Shown here in pieces: positions 7,543 through 16,955 of a stretch of DNA of 64,000 bases. Origin of the DNA: an uncultured delta proteobacterium (GTDB lineage: Bacteria > Myxococcota_A > Polyangia > Polyangiales > Polyangiaceae); the NCBI GenBank assembly GCA_963841435.1, contig CAWJCS010000001.1, positions 1 through 64,000 on the forward strand, read 5' to 3'. The notes beneath the pieces are model-generated. The model made no database searches. It worked only from the letters and a program-made list of their open reading frames with translations, and was not told the origin of the DNA. How positions within the stretch are numbered: the first letter of the stretch is position 1; each line of letters begins with the position of its first letter. The translations under genes were made by a program, and so were the position numbers.

Positions 7543-7787
7543 AGGCTGGTATAGCGTTCAAATACAGGACCTGAACGGAAGCATCTGGGGTTCCGAGTTT
7601 TAGGTCAACTGCGATCGGATTCTGCGCTCGAGTCGAAGTTCGCGGCTGCGAGGGGGGCTCCGGTCTCTATCGTGGGTCAACGTGACGGCGCCGCCCGGAA
7701 CGCAGGCACTGACGGGTCGATCGTCAGAGTGCAACTTGACGAGCGTGCATCATGAATCGGATGGCACCTTCCGCCATCGGTCGGTCT

Positions 7788-7830
7788 GCCCAACTTGTAC
7801 TTCTATGGTTCTGGTTAGTCCAGGTTGGGG
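7788..7830 (-). other. Putative attI site (crossover G|TT at 7794/7793)
   Basis: The last GTTGGGC core of the array matches the GCCCAAC of cassette 1's attC, but has no attC-type paired arms upstream and lies ~150 bp from intI. Confidence 0.65.
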
Positions 7831-7940
7831 CGGTACGGATAGCGCGGGGGATGCGGTGGGGGGACGGTGCGAGGGCTTCGCGCGGGCTGGGGGAGCTTGC
7901 TTTGATAATGGGTAAGGCGGGGTCTGGGTAGTTCGGGGGG

Positions 7941-8717
7941 TTAGTCGAGGGGGCTGCGGACGCCGAAGGGGCCGCGGTTGAGGACGTGGGTGTAGACCAT
8001 CGTGGTGGCCACGTCGCGGTGGCCGAGGAGCTCTTGGATGGTGCGGATGTCGTAGCCGGCTTCGAGGAGGTGGGTGGCGAAGCTGTGGCGGAGGGTGTGA
8101 CAGCTCGCTGGCTTGGTGAGGCCGCAGGCGCGGACGGCTTCGCGGAAGGCGCGCTGGAGGACGGTTTCGTGGAGGTGGTGGCGGCGACGTTGTTGCGTTT
8201 TGGAGTCGCGATAGAGGCGGGTTGCGGGGAGGATTTGGCCGGCGGAAAAGTCGAGGTCTTTCACGCGCAGGCGCGCACATTCGAGGACGCGGAGGCCGGA
8301 GCCGTAGAGGAGCTCCGCCATCAGACGCACCGTGCCGGAGAGGCGCTCGAGCACCTGGCGGACTTCGTCGCGCGTGAGCACGAGCGGGAGGCGCGGCGAG
8401 CGTGCGGGGCGCTGGAGGTCGTCGATCCACGGGGGGCTGACGCGAAGGACGTGGCGGTAGAGAAACGCGAGGGCGCAGAGTGCTTGGACGTGCGTGGAGG
8501 CGCTGACGTCGTGCTCCACGGTGAGCATGTCGAGGAAGGTTCGAGCCTCTTCGGCTCCTAGTTCGTTCGGGTGACGGCCGTGGAAGGTGACGTATCGTCT
8601 GATCCAGCCGGTGTAGGCGCGACGGGTTCGCGGGCTCAGATGGTGCTCGGCGAGGGCCCGCTCGACGGCGTCGCGCAAGGGGCGGGCAGGAGGTCGATCG
8701 GGCGGACGTGCGCTCAT
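7941..8717 (-). CDS. intI: Integron integrase with an in-frame internal deletion (probably inactive)
   Basis: [89 protein letters not shown]. Only 258 aa, and the GKG.KDR segment is absent. Confidence 0.92.
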   Translation of the reverse strand: MSARPPDRPPARPLRDAVERALAEHHLSPRTRRAYTGWIRRYVTFHGRHPNELGAEEARTFLDMLTVEHDVSASTHVQALCALAFLYRHVLRVSPPWIDDLQRPARSPRLPLVLTRDEVRQVLERLSGTVRLMAELLYGSGLRVLECARLRVKDLDFSAGQILPATRLYRDSKTQQRRRHHLHETVLQRAFREAVRACGLTKPASCHTLRHSFATHLLEAGYDIRTIQELLGHRDVATTMVYTHVLNRGPFGVRSPLD

Positions 8718-8792
8718 GCGCTCCGGTCGGTCGGCAGCAATGCGGATTGCGCGACCGTGAAGCGCGCTCCGCGCCGGCAGAAAGCGCGATGT

Positions 8793-8838
8793 GCGCTGAC
8801 GAGGGAAAGGCGCTGACGAGGGACAGCGCTCACGAGGG
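8793..8838. repeat. Three direct repeats GCGCT(G/C)ACGAGGG upstream of intI
   Basis: Copies at 8793-8805, 8810-8822 and 8826-8838. Confidence 0.75.
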
Positions 8839-9048
8839 TGAGGCGTGGCGACCAGCGGAACGCGGACTGGGTGTGGCCGACGATTCCTGGCGTGGGCAGA
8901 CGAGCGCGGGCGTGGGTACGATTCCAGTCAGGGGGGTATTCCGTGCGGTCGGCCGTGTGGGCGGAGGGGGCGTCGGAAGGTGGCGGGCGTTGAGGCGGCT
9001 TTGGGGTGTGTTTTGGGGGATCCCTCAAGTCTGGCCGAGGGTGGCCGT

Positions 9049-10698
9049 TTGTCCGATCGGCTAGAAGCGTTCGTGGCGAGCTCGGCTCCTTCCATCGTTC
9101 CTTCTCCGGGTGCTCCGGGGGAGGATCTTTCCATCACGCGGCAGGCGACGCGCGTCGGTTCGACGTCGGTCGTCGTGCCGCTGCGCGAGGATCGCTACGC
9201 GCCGGGGGTGATCGTCGAGCAGAAGTATCAGCTCGTGCGTTTGCTCGGTGAAGGTGGGATGGGGTCGGTGTGGGTGGCGAAAAATCTGACGCTCGGCGTG
9301 CACGTGGCGCTGAAGCTCATGCACAGCGAGCTCGCGACGCAGCTGCCGGGCGCGGCGGAGCGCATGCTGCAGGAGGCCCGCGCGGCGGCGTGCATCGGGC
9401 ATCCGGCCATCGTTCAGGTCTTCGATTTCGGGCGGACGCGCGACGGTGAGCCGTACATCAGCATGGAGCTTTTGGATGGGGAGAGCCTCGCGGCGGCGCT
9501 CAAGCGCCGCGGCCGTTTGCCGGCGGTGCGCGCGCTGCAGGTTCTGCTTCCGATTGCCGACGCGCTGTCGATGGCGCACGCACGCGGGATCGTGCACCGT
9601 GATTTGAAGCCGGACAACGTGCTGCTGGCTCAGTTCTCCGACGGGCGGTCGCAGCCCAAGATCCTGGATTTCGGCATCGCGAAGCTCGAGAACACGACCT
9701 CGCCCAAGCTGACGCTCGACGGCACCGTGCTCGGTAGCCCCGCGTACATGTCTCCCGAGCAGGCGCGCGGCGAGGCGGAGATCGACCACCGTGCCGACGT
9801 GTGGGCGTTCTCCGTAATGATCTACGAGCTCGTGACCGGCAGGGTGCCGTTCAGGGGCGACGGCTACAATGCGCTGCTCTGGGCCATCATCGGGCATCCG
9901 GTGCCGCCGCTCTCGGCGCACGGCATCGACGAGCCGGAGCTCTGGGCGATCCTCGAGCGCGGGCTCAAAAAGGATCGCAACGAGCGCTTTCAGAGCATCC
10001 GCGATCTCGGGCGCGCCGTGGCCAAGTGGCTCGTCGCCCGAAAGGTGAAGACCGACATCACGAAGGCGCCGCTCGACGCGTGGCTGCACGACTCGGCCCG
10101 AGAGCGCTTCTCGGTGTTCTCGTCGCTTTCACCCGGCAGTGGATCGAGCGACGAGCCGAGGGCGCCGTCGACGCTGGCGCCACCTGACATTCTCGTGGTC
10201 CCCGCGGCGAGCGCCGTGCCGGAGACGCAGCGTTCGCCAGGCCTGGTGTTGTTCGACGGTCTCCGGGTTGCCGCGCTCGACGCCATGCAGCGACTGTTGT
10301 CGCGCCCGAGGCCCGAGGCGGCGTCGCCGAGCCCGCGCCTCGCGAGGACGGCACCGCGTGCGCGGCCTGCGCGCCGTCCGTCGTGGCAATGGGCGGTGCT
10401 CGCCTTCTTGGTGCTCGGTGCTTTCGTCGTGGCGGTCTCGTTCCGCTCCGGGCCCGAGGTCGAAGCGGCGCGCGCGGCGGAGCCGTCCCCGTCCGCCGTG
10501 CCCGCCGCTCCCGTGCTCGACGCGTATCTGAAGCGTCCGCCGCAGCGCGAGGAGCCGACCGTCGACGAGCCGCCGGTGGTCGAGGAGGCGCCGGCGATCG
10601 CTCCGGCACCGAAGCCGGAGCGCGCGGTACGCGTCACGCGACCGAGGCCCGCGCGCCGCGCGGGGTCGTCGGCCGAGCTCAAGAATCCGTTCCGCTGA
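9049..10698 (+). CDS. Eukaryotic-type Ser/Thr protein kinase with a TM helix
   Basis: GEGGMGSVW, VALK, HRDLKPDN, DFG and YMSPEQ motifs; start approximate. Confidence 0.92.
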   Translation: MSDRLEAFVASSAPSIVPSPGAPGEDLSITRQATRVGSTSVVVPLREDRYAPGVIVEQKYQLVRLLGEGGMGSVWVAKNLTLGVHVALKLMHSELATQLPGAAERMLQEARAAACIGHPAIVQVFDFGRTRDGEPYISMELLDGESLAAALKRRGRLPAVRALQVLLPIADALSMAHARGIVHRDLKPDNVLLAQFSDGRSQPKILDFGIAKLENTTSPKLTLDGTVLGSPAYMSPEQARGEAEIDHRADVWAFSVMIYELVTGRVPFRGDGYNALLWAIIGHPVPPLSAHGIDEPELWAILERGLKKDRNERFQSIRDLGRAVAKWLVARKVKTDITKAPLDAWLHDSARERFSVFSSLSPGSGSSDEPRAPSTLAPPDILVVPAASAVPETQRSPGLVLFDGLRVAALDAMQRLLSRPRPEAASPSPRLARTAPRARPARRPSWQWAVLAFLVLGAFVVAVSFRSGPEVEAARAAEPSPSAVPAAPVLDAYLKRPPQREEPTVDEPPVVEEAPAIAPAPKPERAVRVTRPRPARRAGSSAELKNPFR

Positions 10699-10752
10699 GG
10701 AACGCCCGAGGGGCGCTGCGCCCTGGCGCTCGGGGGCGCAAAGGCGCCGCGC

Positions 10753-11709
10753 TCAGAAGCTCTGCGAGTACGCGGCGCTGATGCTCCGGCCGTCGAAGCC
10801 GACGGCGGCGTGGCGCTGTTCCTTCGCGTCGTCGCGGTCGCGAAGATCGAGGTAGAGCATCACGCTGCCGGCCGCCGTCGCGGCGGCGCCGAGCCCGGCG
10901 AAGAAGGCGCTCGCCGGGCTCAGCTTGCGGCCGTTCGAGTCGACGCTCGCCTCGATGGCGATGGCGGTACCGAGCGCGGCCGTGCCGACACCGAGGCTGA
11001 CCCACGTGAGCACGTGGTTGGCCGTGCCGCGCTGCGCGCCGGTCGGGGGAGCGGGGTCCGGCCTGGCGACGGGTGCGACGGGCAAGAGCTCGAGCGCGGC
11101 CGAAACGTCGAGCGCGCGGAGCGGTTCGAGCTCTGCGACGACCTCGCGGGGTGTGTAGCCGGCGTGCGTCACGACGATGCGGTGGCGGCCGGGCCACGTT
11201 TCGCCCGTCCATGGCGTGAGCCCGACGGGTTGATCGTCGACCAGCACGATTGCGTCGGAGGGCTCGCTGAGCACGGTGACTTGCTGGACGCCGCGCTCCG
11301 CGAGCGCCCGCTCGAGCTCGTGCACGCGCGTCGTGACCGCCTCGCGGTCGGGTGCGTTGGGCGAGCGGCGCAGGTAGTCGCGGTAGTAGCAGAGGGCGCC
11401 CGGGTGGCTGCCGAGGTTGTCGTAGGCCTTGGCGATGTTGAAGGCGAGCTGCGGGTTCGGGTAAACGCGGCTCGTCTCGGTGAAAATCTCGATCGCCTCG
11501 TAGTAGTGGCCCTGGCCGTAGGCCGTGGCGCCGCGCTCGAAGAGCGCCTTGGCGCGCGCGAGGGTAGAGGCGTCGGCGCCGGACTCGGTCGCGGGCGTCG
11601 TCGTGGACGAGCCCCGCGAGGGGGGCCTCGATTCGGCGGCACCGGCCGTGGCCGTGGCCGTGAGCCAGGCTGCCGCCAGGATGACCGATCGGAGCGAACG
11701 AGACACCAT
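10753..11709 (-). CDS. TPR + PEGA domain secreted/membrane protein
   Basis: Signal peptide, ARAKALFERGATAY TPR, and SEPSDAIVLVDDQPVGLTP PEGA motif. Confidence 0.85.
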   Translation of the reverse strand: MVSRSLRSVILAAAWLTATATAGAAESRPPSRGSSTTTPATESGADASTLARAKALFERGATAYGQGHYYEAIEIFTETSRVYPNPQLAFNIAKAYDNLGSHPGALCYYRDYLRRSPNAPDREAVTTRVHELERALAERGVQQVTVLSEPSDAIVLVDDQPVGLTPWTGETWPGRHRIVVTHAGYTPREVVAELEPLRALDVSAALELLPVAPVARPDPAPPTGAQRGTANHVLTWVSLGVGTAALGTAIAIEASVDSNGRKLSPASAFFAGLGAAATAAGSVMLYLDLRDRDDAKEQRHAAVGFDGRSISAAYSQSF

Positions 11710-11957
11710 GCCCCCTCGGGCTACGGCCGCGTTGCCGGTCGCGTTAAGCCTGCCCGTGGAACGGCGCGAGGCGGCGTCGTCCTACCTTGTGCGACGTTGG
11801 TCGCCTCATTCAAAAGAAAGCCGCTCGATGCCTTCGGTCGGCCGGTGTGCGCGCGGGCGCTGGGCAGCCGTGGAGCGCCGCGTGGCGAGCTGGCATGGTC
11901 GGTGCGCCGTGCCACGTAAAGTGGGCGAGTCGGCCGGCGAGTGCGGCCGCGTGCCGG

Positions 11958-12569
11958 TCACAGCGCGAGCAGGCCGCGGCGGGCGGCGCGGGCGACGGCG
12001 TCGGCGCGCGTGTCGGCGCCGAGCTTGTCGAGCAGCGAGCGGACGTGGAACTTCGCCGTGTGCTCGCTCACGCCGAGGCGCTCGGCGATGAGCTTGTTCG
12101 AGAGGCCGTCGGCGACGAGCTCGAGCACCTCGCGCTCGCGCGCGCTGAGCGGCGTGGGCTCGGTGGGTGCGACCGGTGCCATGAGCGCGGCGAGCGCGTC
12201 GGCGTCGAGCACGGCGAGGCCGCTGCCGACGGCGAGCGTCGCGGCCGTCAGCTCGCTGCTCGGCGCGTCGCGGCTGACGACGCCTTGCGCGCCGGCGCGC
12301 AGCAGGGCGCGCGTGCGCTCCCTATCGCCCACGAGCGCGAGCACGGGAATGTCGCGCGGGGTGCGCGCGAGCGCTTCTTCGGGCGAAAGCTCGTCGGGCA
12401 CGTCGTGGACGACCAGATCGAGCTCGTCGCCGTTGAGCGACGCGGCGTCCTCCGCGCGGACGGCCTGCGTGACGCGCACGCCGGGTTCGGCCGAGAGCAC
12501 GGCGGAAAGACCCGCACGCATGAGCGCCGACTCGGCCAGGATGGCCGCCGCGACAGCGAGGGCGAGCAT
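11958..12569 (-). CDS. NarL/LuxR-family response regulator
   Basis: C-terminal LSAREREVLELVADGLSNKLIAERLGVSEHTAKFHV HTH; degenerate receiver domain. Confidence 0.9.
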   Translation of the reverse strand: MLALAVAAAILAESALMRAGLSAVLSAEPGVRVTQAVRAEDAASLNGDELDLVVHDVPDELSPEEALARTPRDIPVLALVGDRERTRALLRAGAQGVVSRDAPSSELTAATLAVGSGLAVLDADALAALMAPVAPTEPTPLSAREREVLELVADGLSNKLIAERLGVSEHTAKFHVRSLLDKLGADTRADAVARAARRGLLAL

Positions 12570-12628
12570 GAGTATTGAACTTAAGTCCGGCCGAGGGTCT
12601 GTAAAGCCCCCAACGTGACCGTGACCGC

Positions 12629-12705
12629 GCCGAACGGTTGCCCGGCACCTAGCCGAACGGGCAGGCGCCGGCGTGCCGAACGGTGAGGGGCCTCGTGCCG
12701 AACGG
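12629..12705. promoter_or_regulatory. Four phased GCCGAACGG repeats, likely operator sites
   Basis: Copies start at 12629, 12652, 12675 and 12697 (22-23 bp period), between the divergent regulator and protease genes. Confidence 0.7.
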
Positions 12706-12781
12706 TGAGTTTCGAACGCACGCCGGGGGCCGCACGTTGTGTTGGCCGCGCCCCTTCGGGCGGCGAAAGGACGAGACGAGG

Positions 12782-13663
12782 ATGAACGGAGCAACGGAGC
12801 TTTCGAAGGCGCTCGGCGACGCGGTCGCCGCGGCACAGGGCAGTGTGGTGCAGGTGCACGCGGGCCGGGCGGACGGCGTGAGTGGGCTCGTTTGGGACAA
12901 GGATTTGGTGGTGACGGCGGCGCACGCGCTCGAGCGCGACGAGTCCGTCCGGGTGAGCGCCGGCGGCGAGCACTTCGAAGCGAAGGTCGTCGGCGTGGAT
13001 CCAGCGACGGATCTGGCCGTCTTGCGCGTCGGTGTGGAGCTTTCGCCGCTCGCACACGCGGACGTTGCCGCGCTGCGCGTGGGCGAGCTCGTGCTCGGGC
13101 TCTCGCGTTCCAGCCGAGGTCTCAAGGCGCGGCTCGGCATCGTGAGTCGGGTCGGCGGCGAGCTTCGGCTCGGTGGCGGCGCACGCATCGAACGGAGCGT
13201 CGAGACGGATTTGTTTCCGGGGCCGGTCCTCGTGGGCGGCGCGCTCGTGCGGGCGGACGGCGCGCTCGTCGGCGTGGCCGCGCCGGGGCTTTTGCGCGGG
13301 ACCGTGCTCGCGCTGCCCCCGGTGACGGTGGAGCGCATCGTGGGCTCGATCGTCACGCACGGGCGCGTCCGGCGTGCGCGCGTCGGTGTCGGTCTCGAGC
13401 GCGTGGAGCTGCCGAGGGCGCTCGCCGAGCGGCGCGGGCAAAAGCGCGGCCTTTTGGTGCTGTCGGCACTCGAGGGCAGCCCGGCGGAGCGCGGCGGCGT
13501 CTTGCTCGGTGACGTGATCCTCGCCGCGGACGGCCGTGCGACCGAGCGCGTCGACGACCTCATGGCCGTGCTCGACGAGAGCCGCATCGGCGTGGCGCTC
13601 CCGCTCGACATTCTGCGCGCCGGAGCCGAGCACAGCGTGACGCTCGAGCCGGAGGCACGGTGA
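12782..13663 (+). CDS. S1C/HtrA-like protease homolog with PDZ, catalytic Ser apparently absent
   Basis: VTAAH and DPATDLAVL are present, but PGPVLVGG replaces G.SGG. Confidence 0.85.
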   Translation: MNGATELSKALGDAVAAAQGSVVQVHAGRADGVSGLVWDKDLVVTAAHALERDESVRVSAGGEHFEAKVVGVDPATDLAVLRVGVELSPLAHADVAALRVGELVLGLSRSSRGLKARLGIVSRVGGELRLGGGARIERSVETDLFPGPVLVGGALVRADGALVGVAAPGLLRGTVLALPPVTVERIVGSIVTHGRVRRARVGVGLERVELPRALAERRGQKRGLLVLSALEGSPAERGGVLLGDVILAADGRATERVDDLMAVLDESRIGVALPLDILRAGAEHSVTLEPEAR

Positions 13664-14565
13664 GCGCGCTCCAGGACCTGTCGGAGTCGATCGAGAGCGT
13701 CGTGCGCACGACGTCGCCGAGCGTCGTTGCCGTCGAGCACGGTCGCGGCCAGGGCAGCGGCATCGTCATCGCCTCGGACGGCTACGTCGTGACCAACTCG
13801 CACGTCGTGCGCGGCGTGCCGCGGCTCGAGGTCGAGGTGGCGCCCGGCGAGCGCGTGCGCGCCGAGCTCGTGGGCGACGACCCGGCGAGCGACCTGGCCG
13901 TCTTGCACGTCCACGCGAAGGGGCTCCCGAGCCTCACGCTCATGGAGCAGCGGCGGCTGCGGGTCGGGCAGCTCGTGCTGGCGATCGGCAATCCGCTTCG
14001 CTTCGATCGCTCGGTGAGCCTCGGTGTCGTGAGCGCCCTCGATCGCACCCTGCCTGCGGGTCGCGGCCGTCCGCTCGAGGGCCTCGTGCAGACGGACGCC
14101 GCCATCAATCCCGGCAGCTCGGGCGGGCCGCTGCTCGACGCGACGGGCGTCGCCGTGGGCATCACCACGGCCGTGATCCCCGCGGCAAGCGGGCTCGGCT
14201 TCGCGATCCCGGCGCACACGGTGAGCTGGGTCGTCGCGCGGCTGCTCTCGCGCGGCCGCATCGAGCGGCCCGTGCTCGGCGTGGCGGCCCGCGGCGTCGA
14301 GCTGCCGCTCGCGCGCGCGAGGGTGCTCGGGCAGACGCGCGCCGTGCTCGTCATCGACGTGGGGCGTGGTGAGCCGGCGGGGCTCGCGGGCCTCGTCGCG
14401 CGCGACCTCGTGCTCACGGCGAACGGCGCGCCCGTCGCGAGCGTCAACGACCTCATTCGCACGATGGTGCTCGGCGACGGCGCGCCGCTATCGCTCGAGG
14501 TGGCGCGTGGCGACGAGCGGCTGACGCTCACGGTGACACCGCGCGGCGAGCGCCGCGCGGCGTGA
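13660..14565 (+). CDS. S1C/HtrA-like serine protease with PDZ
   Basis: TNSHV, DLAVL, TDAAINPGSSGGPL; GTGA overlap with the previous gene. Confidence 0.92.
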   Translation: MSALQDLSESIESVVRTTSPSVVAVEHGRGQGSGIVIASDGYVVTNSHVVRGVPRLEVEVAPGERVRAELVGDDPASDLAVLHVHAKGLPSLTLMEQRRLRVGQLVLAIGNPLRFDRSVSLGVVSALDRTLPAGRGRPLEGLVQTDAAINPGSSGGPLLDATGVAVGITTAVIPAASGLGFAIPAHTVSWVVARLLSRGRIERPVLGVAARGVELPLARARVLGQTRAVLVIDVGRGEPAGLAGLVARDLVLTANGAPVASVNDLIRTMVLGDGAPLSLEVARGDERLTLTVTPRGERRAA

Positions 14566-14576
14566 CACCCTGACGC

Positions 14577-15731
14577 TCAGGCCCGAAAGCTCGCGTGGTA
14601 CGCCGCGTCTTCGACGGCGAGCGCGTCGGCCGTGGCGACGAGCGCGCGCGTGCAGTCGAGCATGACGGCGAGCTCCTCGGTGCGCGGCGAAGCCGGCGGG
14701 GCTTCGTAGGCGCCCGGGTGCGGGCCGTGCGGGATGCCCGCGGGGTGGTGCGAGAGGCTGCCCTCGCCGACGCCGCGGCGCGAGCCAAACGCGCCGTTCG
14801 CGTAGAAGAGCACCTCGTCGACGTCGACCGACGAGTGCGGATACGGGATCGGCTGCGCCTCGGCGTGGAAATCGAGCAGCCGCGGCACGAAGCTGCAGAC
14901 GAGCGCGCCCTCGGCCTCGAACGTCGCATGCGCGGGTGGCGGCAGGTGCACCTGCCCGACGCGCGGCTGGAACGCGAGGATCGGCAGCACGAACGGGTAC
15001 ACCGCGCCGTCCCAACCCACGACGTCGAGCGGCGGGTGACGCGCCTCGTACCCGAACAGCCGCTCGCCGCGCTTCACGGTGATCTCGCGGATGCCCTCGT
15101 CGAGCGGCCCCGTGAGCGTCGGACGCCGAAAATCGCGGTGCGAATAGGGCGCATCCATCCTGAGCTGCCCCACGGCGTTGCGGTAGCGAGCGGGCAAGCC
15201 CACGCCGTGGCGGTGCTCGACGACGAGCCAGTTTTGGGGGCCGCCGCTCGGCAAGAAGCGATGCAGCACGCCCTTCGGCAAGACGACGTAGTCGCCCGGC
15301 TCGTACGCGAGGTCGCCGAACGACGACCGCAGCGTGCCCGTGCCGTGGAGCACGAAGACGAGCTCGTCGCCGTCGGCGTTCACGAAGTACGTCGGATCGG
15401 GCGCCGAGGGGCTCGCCACGGCGATCGTCACGTCGTCGTTGAAGAGCAGGGGGCGGCGCGCTTCGAGCGAAGCGCCGCCGCTCGGCAGCTCGAGCGTGCG
15501 AAAATGCCGACGCACGAGCGTGCGGGTCGGGGTGGCCTCGGGTGCGCGCATCAGGCGCGTCGTCTCCATGGGCGCCGCCTCGTGCGGGCGATGCTCGTGA
15601 TACAGCATGGAAAAGGCGCCCTCGAAGCCGGCGCGCGTGAAGCACTCCTCGTAGTAGAGCCCGCCGGTCGGCTGGGGGAAGCGCAGGTGGGGTTTTCGAG
15701 GAATGCTGCCGACGGCGACGCGGTCGAGCAT
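14577..15731 (-). CDS. hmgA: Homogentisate 1,2-dioxygenase
   Basis: NADGDEL, HPPLDVVGWDG, HLPPPAH, PYPHSSVDVDEVLFY and GIPHGPHPG motifs; adjacent to hppD. Confidence 0.92.
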   Translation of the reverse strand: MLDRVAVGSIPRKPHLRFPQPTGGLYYEECFTRAGFEGAFSMLYHEHRPHEAAPMETTRLMRAPEATPTRTLVRRHFRTLELPSGGASLEARRPLLFNDDVTIAVASPSAPDPTYFVNADGDELVFVLHGTGTLRSSFGDLAYEPGDYVVLPKGVLHRFLPSGGPQNWLVVEHRHGVGLPARYRNAVGQLRMDAPYSHRDFRRPTLTGPLDEGIREITVKRGERLFGYEARHPPLDVVGWDGAVYPFVLPILAFQPRVGQVHLPPPAHATFEAEGALVCSFVPRLLDFHAEAQPIPYPHSSVDVDEVLFYANGAFGSRRGVGEGSLSHHPAGIPHGPHPGAYEAPPASPRTEELAVMLDCTRALVATADALAVEDAAYHASFRA

Positions 15732-16882
15732 CAGCTCTTCCCCGTGCGGAGCTGCTCGCGCTCGATGCTCTCGAAGAGCGCACGGAAGTTGCCGGCGCCG
15801 AAGCCCTCGTCGCCCGAGCGCTGGATGAGCTCGTAGAAGAACGGCCCGGCCTCGGGGCTCGCATACGTGCCCGCCGAGTCCTTGAGGAAAATCTGCAACA
15901 GGTAGCGTCCGGGCCCTTCGCCGTCGACGAGGATGCCGAGCTCGGCAAGCTCGGCGATGGGCTCCTTGAGCTCGCCGACGCCGTGGTCGGCGAGACGCTT
16001 CGGCAGGGCCTCGTAGTACGTCGCGGGCGTCGGCATGAACTCGACGCCTCGCGCCCGGAGCACGCGCACGGCCTCGATGAGGTTCGTGACGGAGAGCGCG
16101 ACGTGCTGCACGCCGTCGCCGCGGTGCTCCTCGTGGAACACGTTGATCTGCGAGGCCTTGAAATTCGGCCGATAAGGCTCGTTGTTCGCGAATTTCACGC
16201 TGCTATTCGGGTCCCACATCACGATCGACCGAAGGCCCGAGCCCTGCTCGTCGATGCGGCGCGCGACGTCATCGGTGTGGAACTCGACGTGCCAGAAGCG
16301 CTCGAAGCCGAGCACGTGCTCGAGCCAGAGGATGGTCGGCGCCATCGTCTCGAAGTTCGCCGTCACGTGGTCGAAGTCGGTGAAGCCCGGCGCGTTGCCG
16401 CCCGGCACGGGCGCGGTGTGCCGCTGGAAGCCGGGGTAGAGCGGGTAGTCGCCCTGGCGCTCGACGAAGCGAAACGTCGTGTCGCCGAAGGGCGTGGTGA
16501 TGACGAAGGTTTTGAGGCGACCGCCGGGGCACTCCGAGGTTTCGACCTCGTTCACCGCCGTTCCACCGCGCCCTTCGAGCAGGGCGAACGCGTGCTCCGC
16601 GTTCTCGACCTCGAGGATCAAGCTGCCGATGCCGTCGGGGTGCTTCTTCAGGTAGCGATCGGCGCGCCCGCCCGTGCCGACGGGCGCCGAGCACACGACC
16701 CGACAATTCGCGGCCTCGAACACGAGCGCCCGCTGGCGCCCGCCCTCGACGAGGGCGTCGCTGCTCGCGCCGATCTCCGAAAAATCGAGCTTCTCCGTGT
16801 AAAAGCGCCGGCTGCGCTCGAGATCGTGCACGTAGTAGTGCAGTGCTTCGATGCGTCGAATGCCGAGCGGTGCGAGAGGCAT
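15731..16882 (-). CDS. hppD: 4-hydroxyphenylpyruvate dioxygenase
   Basis: FDHV, SQI..F, GVQHVAL, YLLQIF, FYELIQR and GFGAGNFRALFESIEREQ motifs. Confidence 0.95.
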   Translation of the reverse strand: MPLAPLGIRRIEALHYYVHDLERSRRFYTEKLDFSEIGASSDALVEGGRQRALVFEAANCRVVCSAPVGTGGRADRYLKKHPDGIGSLILEVENAEHAFALLEGRGGTAVNEVETSECPGGRLKTFVITTPFGDTTFRFVERQGDYPLYPGFQRHTAPVPGGNAPGFTDFDHVTANFETMAPTILWLEHVLGFERFWHVEFHTDDVARRIDEQGSGLRSIVMWDPNSSVKFANNEPYRPNFKASQINVFHEEHRGDGVQHVALSVTNLIEAVRVLRARGVEFMPTPATYYEALPKRLADHGVGELKEPIAELAELGILVDGEGPGRYLLQIFLKDSAGTYASPEAGPFFYELIQRSGDEGFGAGNFRALFESIEREQLRTGKS

Positions 16883-16955
16883 CCTACCCATTCTACCACT
16901 CGCGGGGCCAGGCGTGGGCGTCCGGCATCGCTTCGAGAGAACGCCCTCGGGAGGC

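Larger units (their letters stand above)
581..8717 (-). mobile_element. Integron: intI, putative attI and an array of 8 cassettes
   Basis: IntI-like integrase plus seven RYYYAAC...GTTRRRY-like imperfect palindromes separating short minus-strand ORFs. For the seven complete cassettes, the starting GTT core is the reverse complement of the core opening their own attC. Confidence 0.95.

Noticed and set aside
7550-7590. Possible myxobacterial LexA box (GTTCAGG)
   Set aside because: Only the 3' half resembles the consensus, and it is not in the intI promoter region.
7800-9050. Strong G/T skew on the plus strand around intI
   Set aside because: Visible, but I could not tie it to a defined structure or function without computation.
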